From NCBI GenBank assembly GCA_002104905.1, contig MCFE01000543.1:1-60168 (forward strand): a stretch of DNA of 60,168 nt, given 5' to 3'. Below the pieces are notes generated by a model, which made no database searches, had not been told where the DNA came from, and saw only the letters and a program-made list of their open reading frames with translations. Numbering within the stretch: the first letter of the stretch is position 1; each line of letters begins with the position of its first letter. A program made the position numbers and the translations under genes. This document shows positions 10,470-23,041 of this stretch, piece by piece. The stretch comes from Basidiobolus meristosporus CBS 931.73 (lineage: Eukaryota > Fungi > Basidiobolomycota).

Positions 10470-12070
10470 TGATCCAATCCTGACATTTAAGCTAAATGAG
10501 CCTTTTGAGATACCCAAGAAATTTTAAAGAATTGGCAAGATGATACAGAGTAACTGCCACCCTAAGTACTTCTCACAAGCTCCAATTAATATTCATACAC
10601 ATATGCAACAATATAAATGCAAAGACTGGATGAACTGGATATGTATTTATTGAAGTGGTGTTCTGAAGCCATTGCTACCAAGAGTACATTGGAAGCAATG
10701 GGAGTCATATGTGGACATTGTTGGAATATTTATACAGAAGCAGATCACCAACATCAACTTGATGCATCTACAGCTGTTGTGTGAGGAGTTTGCAACAGGA
10801 TTTGAGCAGCTATACCACAAACATAAAGCTGAATGTGTAGATCTCTGCCGCTACTATATCCATTCACTACTCCATCTTGCATGGTGTGTGGAGAATATTG
10901 GGCCTTGCTTCACCTTTTAGGAGTTTCCTATGGAGTGGATGTGTGGGGACATAGGAAGACAAGTCAAGTTGCAGGTACTACCATATCCCAATCTCATCAA
11001 GAATATTACATTCAAGTCCATAATGGATGTGATGAGTTGGCACATGTAGGACAGCCAGCAAGAGTTGGAAAATATTGAGGACAAATGTGCACATGGAGAC
11101 ACCTGTGCCTATAGATTAGGAAGCCAAGGAGCCCCAATGCATTGGTAATCAGTTAAGTAATGCAAAGTTGGATTGGGTGCAACAAGCTACTAATTTTTAT
11201 CAGGAAAACTCTACCAAGAAATGCTGGATTTCTCATGGTGGCAAACTAACTTCTACACCATTCAATACAGAATTCACACAAGCAAAAGCCAGAGCACACC
11301 AATAAGGGAGACTAGAATCTGGCAGGGTGATGGAATATATTGGTTCAATACCAAGAAGTTCTTTGCGGATATTCAGGAGGTATTCATGGCAGAAGTGGCA
11401 ACAACCAAGCATATGTTTGCAAGATGTATATATTATCCGCAGTACAGGACATATGGCAACTTTGCAAGTATTACACTAAGAAGCCATAAAGTTGAGGTGA
11501 TAGAAATATTTCAATTGCGGCAAGTGTGTGTATTTATAGAAGTTAGTAAGCAGGAGGCCAAAGTTTTTTTTGATTTGAGCTATATGTGGAATACCCAAGT
11601 TATAGTTGGTAAGCAAATAAAGAAAGGTGATTCTACAGTGGAATTTATGAATTGCACAAGGGGAGGTAGAAAAAGGGAATACCATTTGGTAAACTGGTAT
11701 GGCAGCATCATACAGAACCAGCAGTAGGCCATCATAATTCCAATATAATGCCATCAGAGTCTTGCTGTGAGGCCATCAAAATACCGTCAAGTTTCTGCCA
11801 TATAATGCACTGGATGTCCTGGCCAACTGGATCCATTTAAAATAGTTATAGAGTGCTGAAAGACCGCAATATTACCATGCAAATATTGTCAAAGTACTGA
11901 TAAAATATTGTCAAGTCTTATCCCTTTATTTGGTTGTAAAATTAGCAAAACACCATCATGATTTTGTCATAAGATTGTTAGGAGGGCCACTAATTCTAAG
12001 CTGCTACTGTTATGATGGTCTCTAAACAGGATCTTGATGGCTGATCCAGATTGGATGCACCCAAAAGACC
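10470..12070 (+). pseudogene. CACTA-like transposase C-terminal part (DUF4218-like), copy A
   Basis: HSLLHLAWCVENIGPCFTF*EFPMEWMCG resembles the H-x-L-x-HL...GP...W.F..ER motif; boundaries approximate. Confidence 0.75.
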
Positions 12071-12084
12071 AAATTATTTGTCAT

Positions 12085-14318
12085 AGGGGCTGTTGCTTGC
12101 AGTCTGTATTATTCCTCTTGAAGCTCACCCTCTGATTCCTCAAGGTATTCACCTACCCTCTGTCTGATACTTTGTCACTGTTGCCTGGATGAGTCCTGTG
12201 TATGTTGCTCTTAGAAGCCACTTAGCTCTACTAATATATCACATAATGCATTGGTCATTTGAGGCAAAAACTCATTCAAATCTCTTTGATTCCCAAAGTT
12301 GAGGCACAAACAGATGTGTCTGGCCTGCACTATGTAAATTGCATGCAAAATCATTTCCATGCAGCTTCTTCTTCAAATCTCCTCACTTGCAGCTCATTCT
12401 TGATTTCAATACTTGTCTTCTTATTTATCTTCTTATGTATATCTACTGGCATCTTGATGTAGAACTCATGCCACCGCTCTCTACTCAGGTTCTTCCATAT
12501 CTGTCAGCTGTCAGCGGTATCAAGTTCTGCTAGATTAATGAGTAGTGCCCAAATATCTGTATGAAGGCTCATTGTAGACACTTGAGCCTTACTAAAATCA
12601 TTTGGCAGGGACTCAAACGGATCCAACATTGACTTCCCCAGTCTAGGCTGTGCTTGTGAGCTGGGGGATGGGTTTTGTATGGGTTCAACTAAAGATAAGT
12701 TGAGACTTGATATTGGGAACATAGTGACAGCATTGGATACTCATACAGTACTGTGTTGGCATCAACCTGATCTTATATGAAATATATATGAAAACCAATG
12801 TGATTGTTGAGTTCTTGATATATTATGTATGATGCATCTTGGATTGCATTGACACAGATTGGATCCCATCAATTGCAGATTTCCTATTTGATTATAGACT
12901 TGGGAGTAAAGCATCAATAAAAATACCAAGTCATTGTTTGAGAATGATTCTTGCAACATCATGATGGGATACATGGCAATAGATGGAGATTTAATCATAA
13001 TGCATATAAAATCAGATAAATATAGTAGATAGCACCAAGTCAAATCAATATGCCTCAGCCCAATCATCTACCAATTTTGATATGACTTACTGATCTGAAT
13101 GGTCTTCTCTCATCAATCCCATCACTATCACTGGATTTCCTTTTAACACAGTGGAGGAGATCTATACCAAGTACTGTGGACCTTCTACCCCAATCTACTT
13201 AAGAGGATCTCTTGTTAAGCTTCTCTACTATTAGACAAACTATTGCCCCACAAGGTTTCATCCCTCCATCCATGGCAACAAAAGTCCTAAAAGCTTTCAT
13301 TCCCAGCTGACAGCAATGGCAAACCACCTTGCAGAGGGTATGAATGATGTAGAGCAAGCTTAGAGTACTAGGTTCAGAAGCTCCATTAGACTTCCATATC
13401 CCAGAGTGTTCAGCAACAGGTTCCACATAAGGAGTATTTTTGATACCTTCCCAGTCAGGATTAACAGACCTTCTATAGGGCAGAGGCACTTTTATTCTGG
13501 CAAGTCCAAGGCACACTGTGTGAAGTTTCAAATACTGTCTGACATAGAGGGCTCCAATGACTTCCATATCCAAGAGTGTTCAGCTACAGGTTCCATATAA
13601 GGAGTATTTTGGATACCTTCCCAGTCAGGATTAACAGACCTTCTAGAGGGCAGAGGCACTTTTATTCTGGCAAGTTCAATGTACACTGTGTGAAGTTTCA
13701 AGCACTGTCTGACATTGAGGGTAACATCATCTGGTTTAGTGGGCCATTTGCTTGAAGTAAGGATGACTAAGCACCCTGGGTAGAGAAACATCCAGAATTC
13801 AGTAGCAGGGAGAAAGGTATGGCAGACTTAGCTTATATATGAGAGGATTGTCAGAGATTAGGATGTATTACAGCTTATAGGAAGCCAAGGAATGGTGTGC
13901 CTAGCAGGAAGCAGCAGCTCAATAATGAGATATGTAATCATTTCAGAGTGAGGGTAGAGCATACATTTGGATATCTGAAGAGATTCAGCATGTTGACTGA
14001 TAAAGTCAGAGGAAAGTCATATATAGGGGAAAACAGCAGAATAGGTAAGATAGTTGATATACTTATCAGTGCACAGTATAATTATGCAAGAAGACATACA
14101 CCAATAGAAATGTGTCTGGAGCATTATGAAGAGTAAATAAAGCAAGGAAAGCACTATTCTGAGCAACATAAGTAGGATTAAATAAATTACTAGTAACTAT
14201 ATCCTACCACTGGCATTATGGTAGAAATTATAGTGCCAGATGGTGCTGTAGAGTGTCATATTGATCTGGCTCTATAAACAGGCCAACGCTTTGTGGCACT
14301 ATCCAATGGAACAAGTCT
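12085..14318 (+). mobile_element. PHIS (DDE_Tnp_4) transposon copy 1, left-truncated, with an internal 170-bp duplication
   Basis: DTFPVRINRPS...YSGK..AHCVKFQ and RVRVEHTFGYLKRF; right terminus GGAACAAGTCT ends at 14318. Confidence 0.88.
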
Positions 14319-14339
14319 ATAGATTATATGGTCTTCATT

Positions 14340-14622
14340 AATGACTTCTTGTATGCAAGAGCAGTGTTAGAACTTTTACATTGTCTTGACATAAAAAACA
14401 CATAGAATATGTTTAAGAAGACCCCAAGAGCATATGTGCAAAGTTTGGGGCTGTTTGGACAACATTGAGGATTCTCATGTACTGAGTACCCAATACTTTG
14501 TTGAGGATATTCTAAGTAAGTCCCAACAAGAATATTTGTCAGTATTCTCTGAGATTTGTAAGTTATGATATAAGTGACTAAGCCAGGTGCATATTTAGGT
14601 GGAATTACAAATTTTTACAACA
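14340..14622 (-). repeat. Copia LTR fragment (family of 15267-15615)
   Basis: Diverged match ending TTTTTACAACA. Confidence 0.75.
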
Positions 14623-14639
14623 ATCTGAGTAGCTAAAGT

Positions 14640-15266
14640 ACAAACAAAGAGATTAATGCATAATTCTCTGCCACTAATGTATCCTTCCTCTACTCCATCT
14701 TGCTTGGTGTATTGAGAGTAGTGGGCCTTGCTTCAACTTTTGAGATTTTCATATGGAGCAGATGTGTGGGGAGATAGGAAGACAAGTCAAGTTGCAGGTA
14801 TTACATATCCCAATCTCACAAAGAATATTACCCTCAAGTCTGTCATGGATGTGATGAGTTGGCACATGGAGGACAGCCAGGAAAAGTTGGAAAATATAGA
14901 GGACCAAGGGCACATATAGACACCTATGACTATGGCATTAAGAAGCAAAGTAGCCCCAATGCATAGGTAATTAGTTTAGTAATACAGAGTTGGGTTGGGT
15001 GCAACAAGCAACTAATTTTTATTGGGAAAGCTCTACCAAGGTATGCTGGATCTCTCTTGGTCATAAGCCAATTTCTACAGCATGAAGAATAGAATTCACA
15101 CAAACAAGAGCCAAAGCACTCCCATAAGAGGGACTAGAATCCAGCAGGGAGAAGGATATGTTATCTAAAGACCAAAAGGTTCTTTATAGATATTCAGGAG
15201 GTATTCATAGCAGAAGTAGCAGGAACCAAGCGTATGTTTGCAAGATGTATATGCTACCAGCAATAC
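14640..15266 (+). pseudogene. CACTA-like transposase fragment copy B (continues at 23042-23726 and 24787-24815)
   Basis: LLHLAWC...GPCF motif; colinear across the Copia insertion with TSD AATAC. Confidence 0.78.
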
Positions 15267-15615
15267 TGTTGTAAGAGTCTTGGAGATATTTGAAGTGATT
15301 GGGAGTATAAGTATATTATATGGTTTTCACTTAATGAATTATTGAATGTAAAAGTAGTATTTATACTTTTACATGGTCTTGGCATAGGAAGCATGTAGAA
15401 TAGGTTAAGGAAGGTCCCAAGAACATGTGTGTAAAGTTTAGGGCTGTTTGGACAACTTTGAGAATTTTCATGTTCTGGGTACCTGGTATTTTGGTGAAAA
15501 TATTCCAAGTAAATCCCAACAAGGAATTTGGTCAGTATTCTCTAGGATTTGAAGGTAAAGATTTAAGTGACCATGTTAGGTGAATATTTAAGTGGAATTA
15601 CAAACTTTTACAACA
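15267..15615 (-). repeat. Copia 3' LTR
   Basis: Direct repeat of 22694-23041, roughly 10-15% diverged by eye; PPT adjacent. Confidence 0.93.
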
Positions 15616-16548
15616 CTCCCACTCAGCTAAATGTTCATACCAACTAGTCCTAGTTTTGACCTAAGATATTCAAGCTTGTCTCTAGCTGATGGTTTGGTAA
15701 ATATGTCTGCAATCATTTCATCTGAAGGACAGTAAACTAAGCTAAGCAAGTTACTCTCTATAGCTTCATGTATGAAATGATGTGTAATATCTATATGCTT
15801 AGTTCTAGCATGAAAAGTTGGATTTCTACCTAATTATATACATCCTTGATGATCTTGAAATAAAGTAATAGGCATTTTTTGACATAGGCCTAAATCTGTA
15901 AAAAGCTTTCTTAACCACATTGCTTCTTTTGTAGCTTCACAGGCTGCCATATACTCTGCCTCTGTGGTAGAAAGTGCTTTGGTTGGTTACTTTCTTCAAT
16001 ATGATGAAATTGCTCCTTGACAGTAAAGAAATGTGTATCCTGTGGTGGATCTTCTGACTTCCAAGTTCTGTCCCCAATCAGCAGTAGAGTATCCCACAAG
16101 GTCCTGTTCAGAGTCCTTATAAGTGGATATTAAGCAGATATCAGCAGTTCCTTTAGGTATCTAAAAATCTGCTCAACTGATGCAATATGATCAGATCCAG
16201 AGTTTTGATTATGTTAGCTGATAACTCCCACTGAATGAGATATCTGGACATGTTCCAAGCATGATATACATCAGACTGCCAACCATAGACTGATAAGAAA
16301 AGTCAGGGCCTTTGGATGGCATCAAGCTCTCTTGACTTGGTTGAGTTTTGACCAAGTAAAGATATAGACTTGTTCCGTTGGATAGTGCCACATAGTGCCA
16401 GCCTGTTTATAGTGCCGGATTGATCTGGCACTCTACAGCACTCTCTGGCACTATAATTTCTACCTTAATGCCAGTTGTATAATACAGTTACTGGTGATTT
16501 TACTCAATCTTTTATATGCTGCTCAGAATAGTGCTTTACCTGCTTTAT

Positions 16549-17330
16549 TTACTCTTCATAATGCTCCAGACACATTTCTCTCAGTAGATGTCTTCTTGTA
16601 TGAGCATACTGTGCATTAATAAGTATCTTAACTATTTTACCTATTCTGCTGTTTTCTCCTATATATGACTTTCCTCTGTGTTTACCTGCCAATAAGCTGA
16701 ATCTCTTCAGATATCCAAATGTGTGCTCTACCCTCACTCTGAAGTGATTAAATATCTCATTGTAGAGCTTCTGCTTCCTGCTAAGCACACCATTCCTTGG
16801 CTTCCTATAAGCAGTAATACAACCTAATCTGTGACAATCCTCTCCTATATAGGCTAAGTCTGCCATACCTTTCTCCCCTCTATTGAATTCAGGATGATTC
16901 TCTACCCAGAGTGCTTTATCATGGCTACTTCCAGCAAATGGCCCACTAAACCAGATGATGTTACCCTCAATGTCAGACAGTGCTTGAAACTTCACACAGT
17001 GTGCCTTGTACTAGCCAGAAAAAAAGTGCCTCTGCCCTCTAGAAGGTCTGTTAATCCTCACTGGGAAGGTATCCAAAATACTCCTTATATGAAACCTGTT
17101 GCTGAACACTCTGGGATATGGAAGTCCATTGGAGTTTCTGAACCTAGTACTCCAAGCTTGCTCCAAGTCATTCATACACTCTGCAAGGTGGTTCTCCATT
17201 GCTGTCAGCTGGGAATGAAAGCTTCTAGGACTTTTGTTGCCATGGATGGTGGGATGAAACCTTGTGGGGCAATAGTTCTTGTAATAGCAGAGAAGCTTAA
17301 CAAGGGATCTCCTTGAGTAGATTGGGGTTG
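16549..17330 (-). pseudogene. DDE_Tnp_4-family transposase (frameshifted; 5' end uncertain)
   Basis: ILDTFPVRINRPS, KFQALSDIEG...GPFAGSSHD, MADLAY, YRKP, YN..F..FRVRVEHTFGYLKRF. Confidence 0.9.
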
Positions 17331-17792
17331 ATGGTCCACAGTATTTGGAATAGATCTCCTATAGTGTGTCAAAAGGAAATCCAGTGGTAGTGATGGGATT
17401 GATGAGAAAAGACCATTCAGATGAGTAATTCATATTAAAATTGGTGGATGATCTTATGGAGGTAGTTTGAATCAATTTGGCGCAATCTGAGTTATTTATC
17501 AGATTTCTAATGCATTATGATTGAATCTCCATCAATTACCATGTATCCCATCATTATGTCGCAAAAATTATCCTCAAACAATGCCTTGGTACTTTTATTG
17601 ATGCTTTACTCATAGGTCTATAATCAAATAGGAAATCTGCAATTGATGTGATCTGATCTGTGTCAACATGATGCAAGATGCATCATGCATAATATATGGA
17701 AAATTCAACAATCACATTAGTTTTCATATATATTTCATATAAGACCAGGTTGATGCCAATATACTGCTGTATAAGTATCCAAATCCATTGCT

Positions 17793-18430
17793 ATGGTACC
17801 CATACCAAGTCTCAACTCATCTTTAGTACAACCCAGACAAAACCCATCCCCCAGCTCACAAGAGCGGTCCAGACCGGAAAAGTCAATGTTGGAACCGTTT
17901 GAGTTCTTGCCAAATGATTTTAGTATTGTCCAAGTGTCTATGATGAGCCTTCATACAGATATATGGGCACTACTGATTAATCTAGCAGAACTAGATACCT
18001 TGGAGAGTTGACAAAGATAGAAGAATTTGGGTAGAAAGCTGTGGCATGAGTTCTACATCAAGATGCCAGCCAATGTATGTAGGAAGATATATAACAAGAC
18101 AAGTATTGAAATCAAGAATGAGCTGAGAGTGAGGGGATTTGATGAAGAAGCTGCATGGGAATGATTTTGCGCATAATTTGCACAGTATGGGCTGGAAATG
18201 TCCATTTGTGCCTCAACTTTGGGAGCCAAAGAGATTTTGAATGAGTTTTTGCCTCAAATGACTAATGTACTACATGATATATTAGTAGAGCTAAGTGGCT
18301 TCTGAGAGCAATATACACAGGACTCATCCAGGCAACAGCTCCAAAGTATCAGACAGAGGGTAAGTGAATACCTTGAAGAATCAGATGGTGAGCTTCAGGA
18401 GGAAGAATACAGACCGCAAGCAACATAGCC
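17793..18430 (+). pseudogene. PHIS ORF2, divergent from the transposase, unknown function
   Basis: Homologous reading frames at 12.1-12.7 kb and 50.5-51.15 kb (…HTDIWALLINLAELDT…ELSGF.EQY.QDSSRQQ…EEEYR); several stops. Confidence 0.6.
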
Positions 18431-18719
18431 TGGACTGACATGCACCAGCAAGCTGTGGTTGCAAGAGATGTTAAGGAATCTAGCAAGGTGTGCTGGCACA
18501 ATCCGGACAATGCCAATACCCTTTACCAGAGTGCCCCACGTTGAGTCAACGTGCATTGGGTCAATGCACATGCTTCAGAGCAAAACTACCAGAACTTGCC
18601 AAACTGTTCATTTAGACACAAGTCCATTGGAGTGGACCAAGTTGCGTCAACATGTAGCATCACATTGAACTCAGCCAAGGGCCATCTCAACGCGTCAAGG
18701 CGCACCTGCACATGCCATT

Positions 18720-19040
18720 TTGTCTGACCATCAGCAAGTTACTTCTAGTGAACTGACTGATGATGACCAACATGAAGTGCCTCAACCACCAGAGCCCTTG
18801 GCAAGTAAAAGAACATGTCAGCATGTGGCACTCCAGGCTGGTTCAGTTAGTTCAGTTGGAGCAATTCAGCGCAGCCAAGCTGCAGCATTGCACTCATCAG
18901 CTAGGAGGCAAAATACTGACTACAAATACACAAGTAGCCAAGATGCTAGTCAGCCAGGAAGTAGTATAGGTGTGCAAAGTGAGTCACTACCAAATGCTTC
19001 AGTAGTAATCCCTGTGAGAAAAAAACCCAGGAGAAGATGA
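18720..19040 (+). CDS. PHIS ORF3 or exon, Ser/Gln-rich with a basic C-terminus (RKKPRRR)
   Basis: Open in copy 2 and in copy 3 (47294-47557, minus strand) with the same C-terminus. Confidence 0.5.
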   Translation: MSDHQQVTSSELTDDDQHEVPQPPEPLASKRTCQHVALQAGSVSSVGAIQRSQAAALHSSARRQNTDYKYTSSQDASQPGSSIGVQSESLPNASVVIPVRKKPRRR

Positions 19041-22000
19041 TGCAATTGCTTTGAATTGCTATTATTTGTAATGATCCCAACAACCCTTTTTTTTTGGGAT
19101 TTGAATCAAGCCATTGCAAAACAGTGATCATCAAATTTTTGATATAAGTAATATCAAGGTCGTTTCATATTTGAGACAGAACCCCTATAAATAAGCACCC
19201 TACATATATATACATCATCTGTAATACCTGTGCAGCTATTGGATCTGTTTCACACCTACCCAATCGCTTGCATGATAGCTATGACACCTTGTCCAATTAC
19301 TAGGATCAAGGATTTACTTGCTCAATGGGCAAAATGTGATATTTGATGGCAAATCAGGTAGCTTGCTTAGTAGTCAATGAGCCAATTGGGGGCTGCCAGC
19401 CTCAGGATACTTGTGGACCAATTAACTACTGAGATACCGTCCAATTGGATTGATGGTAACCAAAATGGTAAGTATCAGTGTAGTTTAAAGTGTGATACAC
19501 ATTTATTTCCATTTACATTGAAGAAACATATTCAGATACCAGATTTTACCTGCCATAATAGTGGTATCCAATTGTGCATGTGATGCAAGCATTACAAGTT
19601 GGCGTGATCATCTGTGCCAACCTTATTGTGTCAGATTGTACCATAGTGTGTGAGATTGTCCCACATAGTGCAAAATTGTCCAAGAACAATCCTGCCTTCT
19701 GGTAGCTTGAATATTGTGCCTGAATGTTCTTTACAACTGCGGATTGCACCGCACCCTGGCACAGTACAATGAAACAAGTCTTTTGTCTCCATTGGGGTAG
19801 CTACTGGCCTATAGTCTCCCATTTGGTACTTCTTTAGTATATCTTGAATATACTTGGATTGGCTTAGGGTAATAGTCTGGGTACTTCTGTCTACAGAGAG
19901 CTTAATCCCTAAGCAGTAACTGAGTTCTCCTGGATTGCACATCTTGAGCTCCTTATATAGACTGGATTTAGTCTCTTCCAATGTTTCTAGATTATTGGTG
20001 GTTATAATAAGATCATACACATATTTGGTTACCAGTGCAAAGGCCTCAGTATAGTCAAGTCCTTTTGCTTAGAGTATCCTTTGGCCATAAGTCTTGCTTT
20101 CTATCTATCAATTGTACCATCAGCCTTGTATTTTGTCTTGAACACCCATCTACATCCAATTGATTTTTATTTGATGGGTAATTTGACATAGTCCCAAGTT
20201 TGATTTTCCATCAGGGCCTGATATTCCTCAGTCATTGCAGATCTCCAAAGCTTTGTCTGAGGGCTATTTATGGCCTCTTTTGCAGTCTGAGGTTCATCAA
20301 TATGGACTGAATAAGCATAGGCTAAGTTTGCACCATTATTTATGTAGTAATTTGGGCTATTTGTTGTCCAATTGGATCTGCAGGCATTTGATACTGGAAT
20401 GATCACTTCTGGAATATTACAGGGCACTGATTCAGGCTGAACCATGGTTGTAGAGTCCTCTGGAGTGAAAAAATTTTTATTGTTTTGTTCTGATTCAATC
20501 ATGACAATTGGTGGACTTACAATCAGACTTTTGTCATCATCTGATGTCATTTTTTGTGAAAATCTTAAATTTTCATCAAAGAGCACATCCCTGTGCTTGA
20601 TCAGCTTTGTTGCTCTGGCATTGTAGAGTCTGTATGCTTTGCTCCCATTGCAGTAGCCAAAAAATATGCATTTTACCCTTTTTGGCTCATATCTTTACTG
20701 ATTTCCAGGCAGTTTCCTTACATATGCTTTACACCCAAATACTCCTAGATGTTTTGCACTTGGTCTGTATCCATACCATGCCTCAGATGGAATAGACCCA
20801 AAGTGTATTCTGTTATAAGTCCTATTTTTAAGGTATACAGCAGTGGCAACTGTTTGGCCTAAAAATCATAGGATAATTTCTGACTATGGATCATAGATCT
20901 TGCCATATCAATTATTGAGCTGTTAGCATGTTCTGCTACTCCTTTTGCTGTAAGGAGTATGGTACAGTAGTCTCTTGCTTTATCCCAAGAATTTTGCACA
21001 AGTGGATGAAGGTTTTGAGGTATATTCTCCATTGTCAAAGCATATTTTCTTGATTTTCTCACCAGTTTCTCACTGCACAACGGCTTAGAGCTCCCTGAAC
21101 TTAGACAGAGCTTCTTCTATTCTCTCCATGAAGTAAACCCATACTCATCTTGTATAATCATCAATAAAAGTGATTAAAGACTTCATCCTGGCTGGGGATA
21201 AATTTTGCATAGGTCCACACAGATCTGAGTGAGTTAGATCAATTTTTTTCTTAGTTTTAATTACCCCAGAGCTCTTGAACGGTTGTCTGGCTGGTTTCCC
21301 ATATATGCAGGCCTCACGGTGCTTCAAATTAGCTAGATAATCGATTATTACTCCAGAAATCAGCTGATTGTAGATCATTTTGCGCAAATAATCAAAATTG
21401 ATGTGCCCAAATCTCCTGTGCCAAAGCATTGGTATCTCTTCATTTAAGTTACTTATATTGGCTTCCAAATATGGTGGAATATAAGTTAACTAGGATAGAT
21501 TCTGATCTTTGATACCTAGAGCAATATGGGCACCATTTTGACCAGTGATCTTACATCCAGAATTGTCCAAGTTGAAGCTGAGTCCTTCTGCAGTGGCTTT
21601 GCTTACAGATAGCAGTTTCTTTGCTATTTCTGGAGCATAGAGTACTTCTTTAAAGATCAGTCTATAGCTTCCTTCACTGCTTCTTAGGTTTACCTGAATA
21701 GTTCCTTCTCCCACTGCATCAAGTACTCTATTGTCACTAATGAAAACCTTCTTAATTGGAATTTCTTGATATTGGGTAGAATGTTCTGTTTGGCATGTAA
21801 GGTGTTGAGGTGCTCCAGAGTCAATATACCACATCTGAGATTCCTTGTTTGTTGTCATATTTAGTGCAGATATGAATAGTCTATCTTCAGTTGTTGCAGC
21901 ATTGCCATATTCAGGCTCCACTTGCTAATTATCTCTCTTTTTGAGACACTGATCTGAAGTGTGTCCTTTCCTTTTGCAGTAGTTGCAAAACAGATTGCTG

Positions 22001-22161
22001 TTGCCTTTGTATGGTCTTGGGTACCTCCTTTGTTGGTTATCATTGCTTATCAAAGCATTTTCTTCTTCCTTCTAATTGGCACTTGATTTTCTTAATTCTT
22101 CATCCAGGAGCCTTCTGTACATGTAATTTAAGGTCAAATCTTCAGTTCTGGACTCTAAGGC

Positions 22162-22690
22162 TTATACAAGGCCCTTAAACTTGTCTGGCAGGCTATTCAG
22201 GATGATAGCTATCACATTCTCATCAGTAGGTGGTACACCCACAGATTCCATTTCATCTACCAGCAGGGTAATTCTGTTAATTAGATTTTCGATTTCTTCT
22301 CCTGGCAGCATCTTTGTAGTGAGGAACTTTTGCCTCAGATATATTTTCTTAGCAACTGAACATGACTGGTAGGTGTCTTCTGATGCCTTCCAGGCATTCT
22401 TTGCTGTTTTTGCTCTTGAGCATTGAATTAGCAATTTGTCCTTGACATTAAGGCAAACACAGTTAAAGGCACTTTGTTCTTTCCTCTGGTACTTTAAGGC
22501 TTCCTCTTCCACGTTTTTAGGAGGGCATTCTTCTCCCATAACAATATCCCAAAGGCCTCTTTCTTGTAGCAGCATCTTCATCTTCACCTTCCACACTTGG
22601 TAGTTAGAGCCATCCAACTTTTCAGCAGAGGGAAAAATTCCAGTAATAGCAGTAGTAGACATTGCAGAGAGTGACAGCTTGGGGCTCATA
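22162..22690 (-). pseudogene. gag: Copia Gag
   Basis: KLDGSNYQVWKVKMKMLLQERGLW; AKTAKNAW; ILNSLP. Confidence 0.9.
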
Positions 22691-22693
22691 ACC

Positions 22694-23041
22694 TGTTGTA
22701 AGAGTCTTGGAGATATTGGAAGTGAATGGGAGGACAAGTAGATTATGTGGTTTTCACTTGATAATTTATAGAATGTAAAAGTAGTACTTATACTTTTTCA
22801 TGGTCTTGGCATAACAAACATGTAGAATAGGTTAATAAAGGTCCCAAGATCATGTGTTCAAAGTGTGGGGCTATTTGGACAACTTTGAGAATTTTCATGT
22901 TCTGGGTACCTGGTATTTTGGTGAAAATATTCTAAGTAAATCCCAACAGGGAATTTGGTCAGTATTCTCTAGGATTAGAAGGTAGTGATCTAAGTGACTA
23001 AGTTGGTGAGTATTTAGGTGGAATTGCAATTCTTTACAACA
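22694..23041 (-). repeat. Copia 5' LTR
   Basis: Adjacent to the PBS (22681-22693); TSD AATAC. Confidence 0.93.

Larger units (their letters stand above)
16366..19781 (-). mobile_element. PHIS (DDE_Tnp_4) transposon copy 2, complete, 3416 bp
   Basis: Termini AGACTTGTTCC...GAAACAAGTCT; flanks TAT/TTT; the Copia RT is colinear across it (compare 9460-9490). Confidence 0.92.
15267..23041 (-). mobile_element. Ty1/Copia element with both LTRs and TSD, coding region decayed, interrupted by a PHIS transposon
   Basis: LTRs 15267-15615 and 22694-23041 (TGTTGTAA...TTACAACA); TSD AATAC (15262-15266, 23042-23046); PBS GGTTATGAGCCCC; gag, CCHC, WYIDSGA protease, LWHRRFGH, integrase, RT, RH. Confidence 0.95.
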
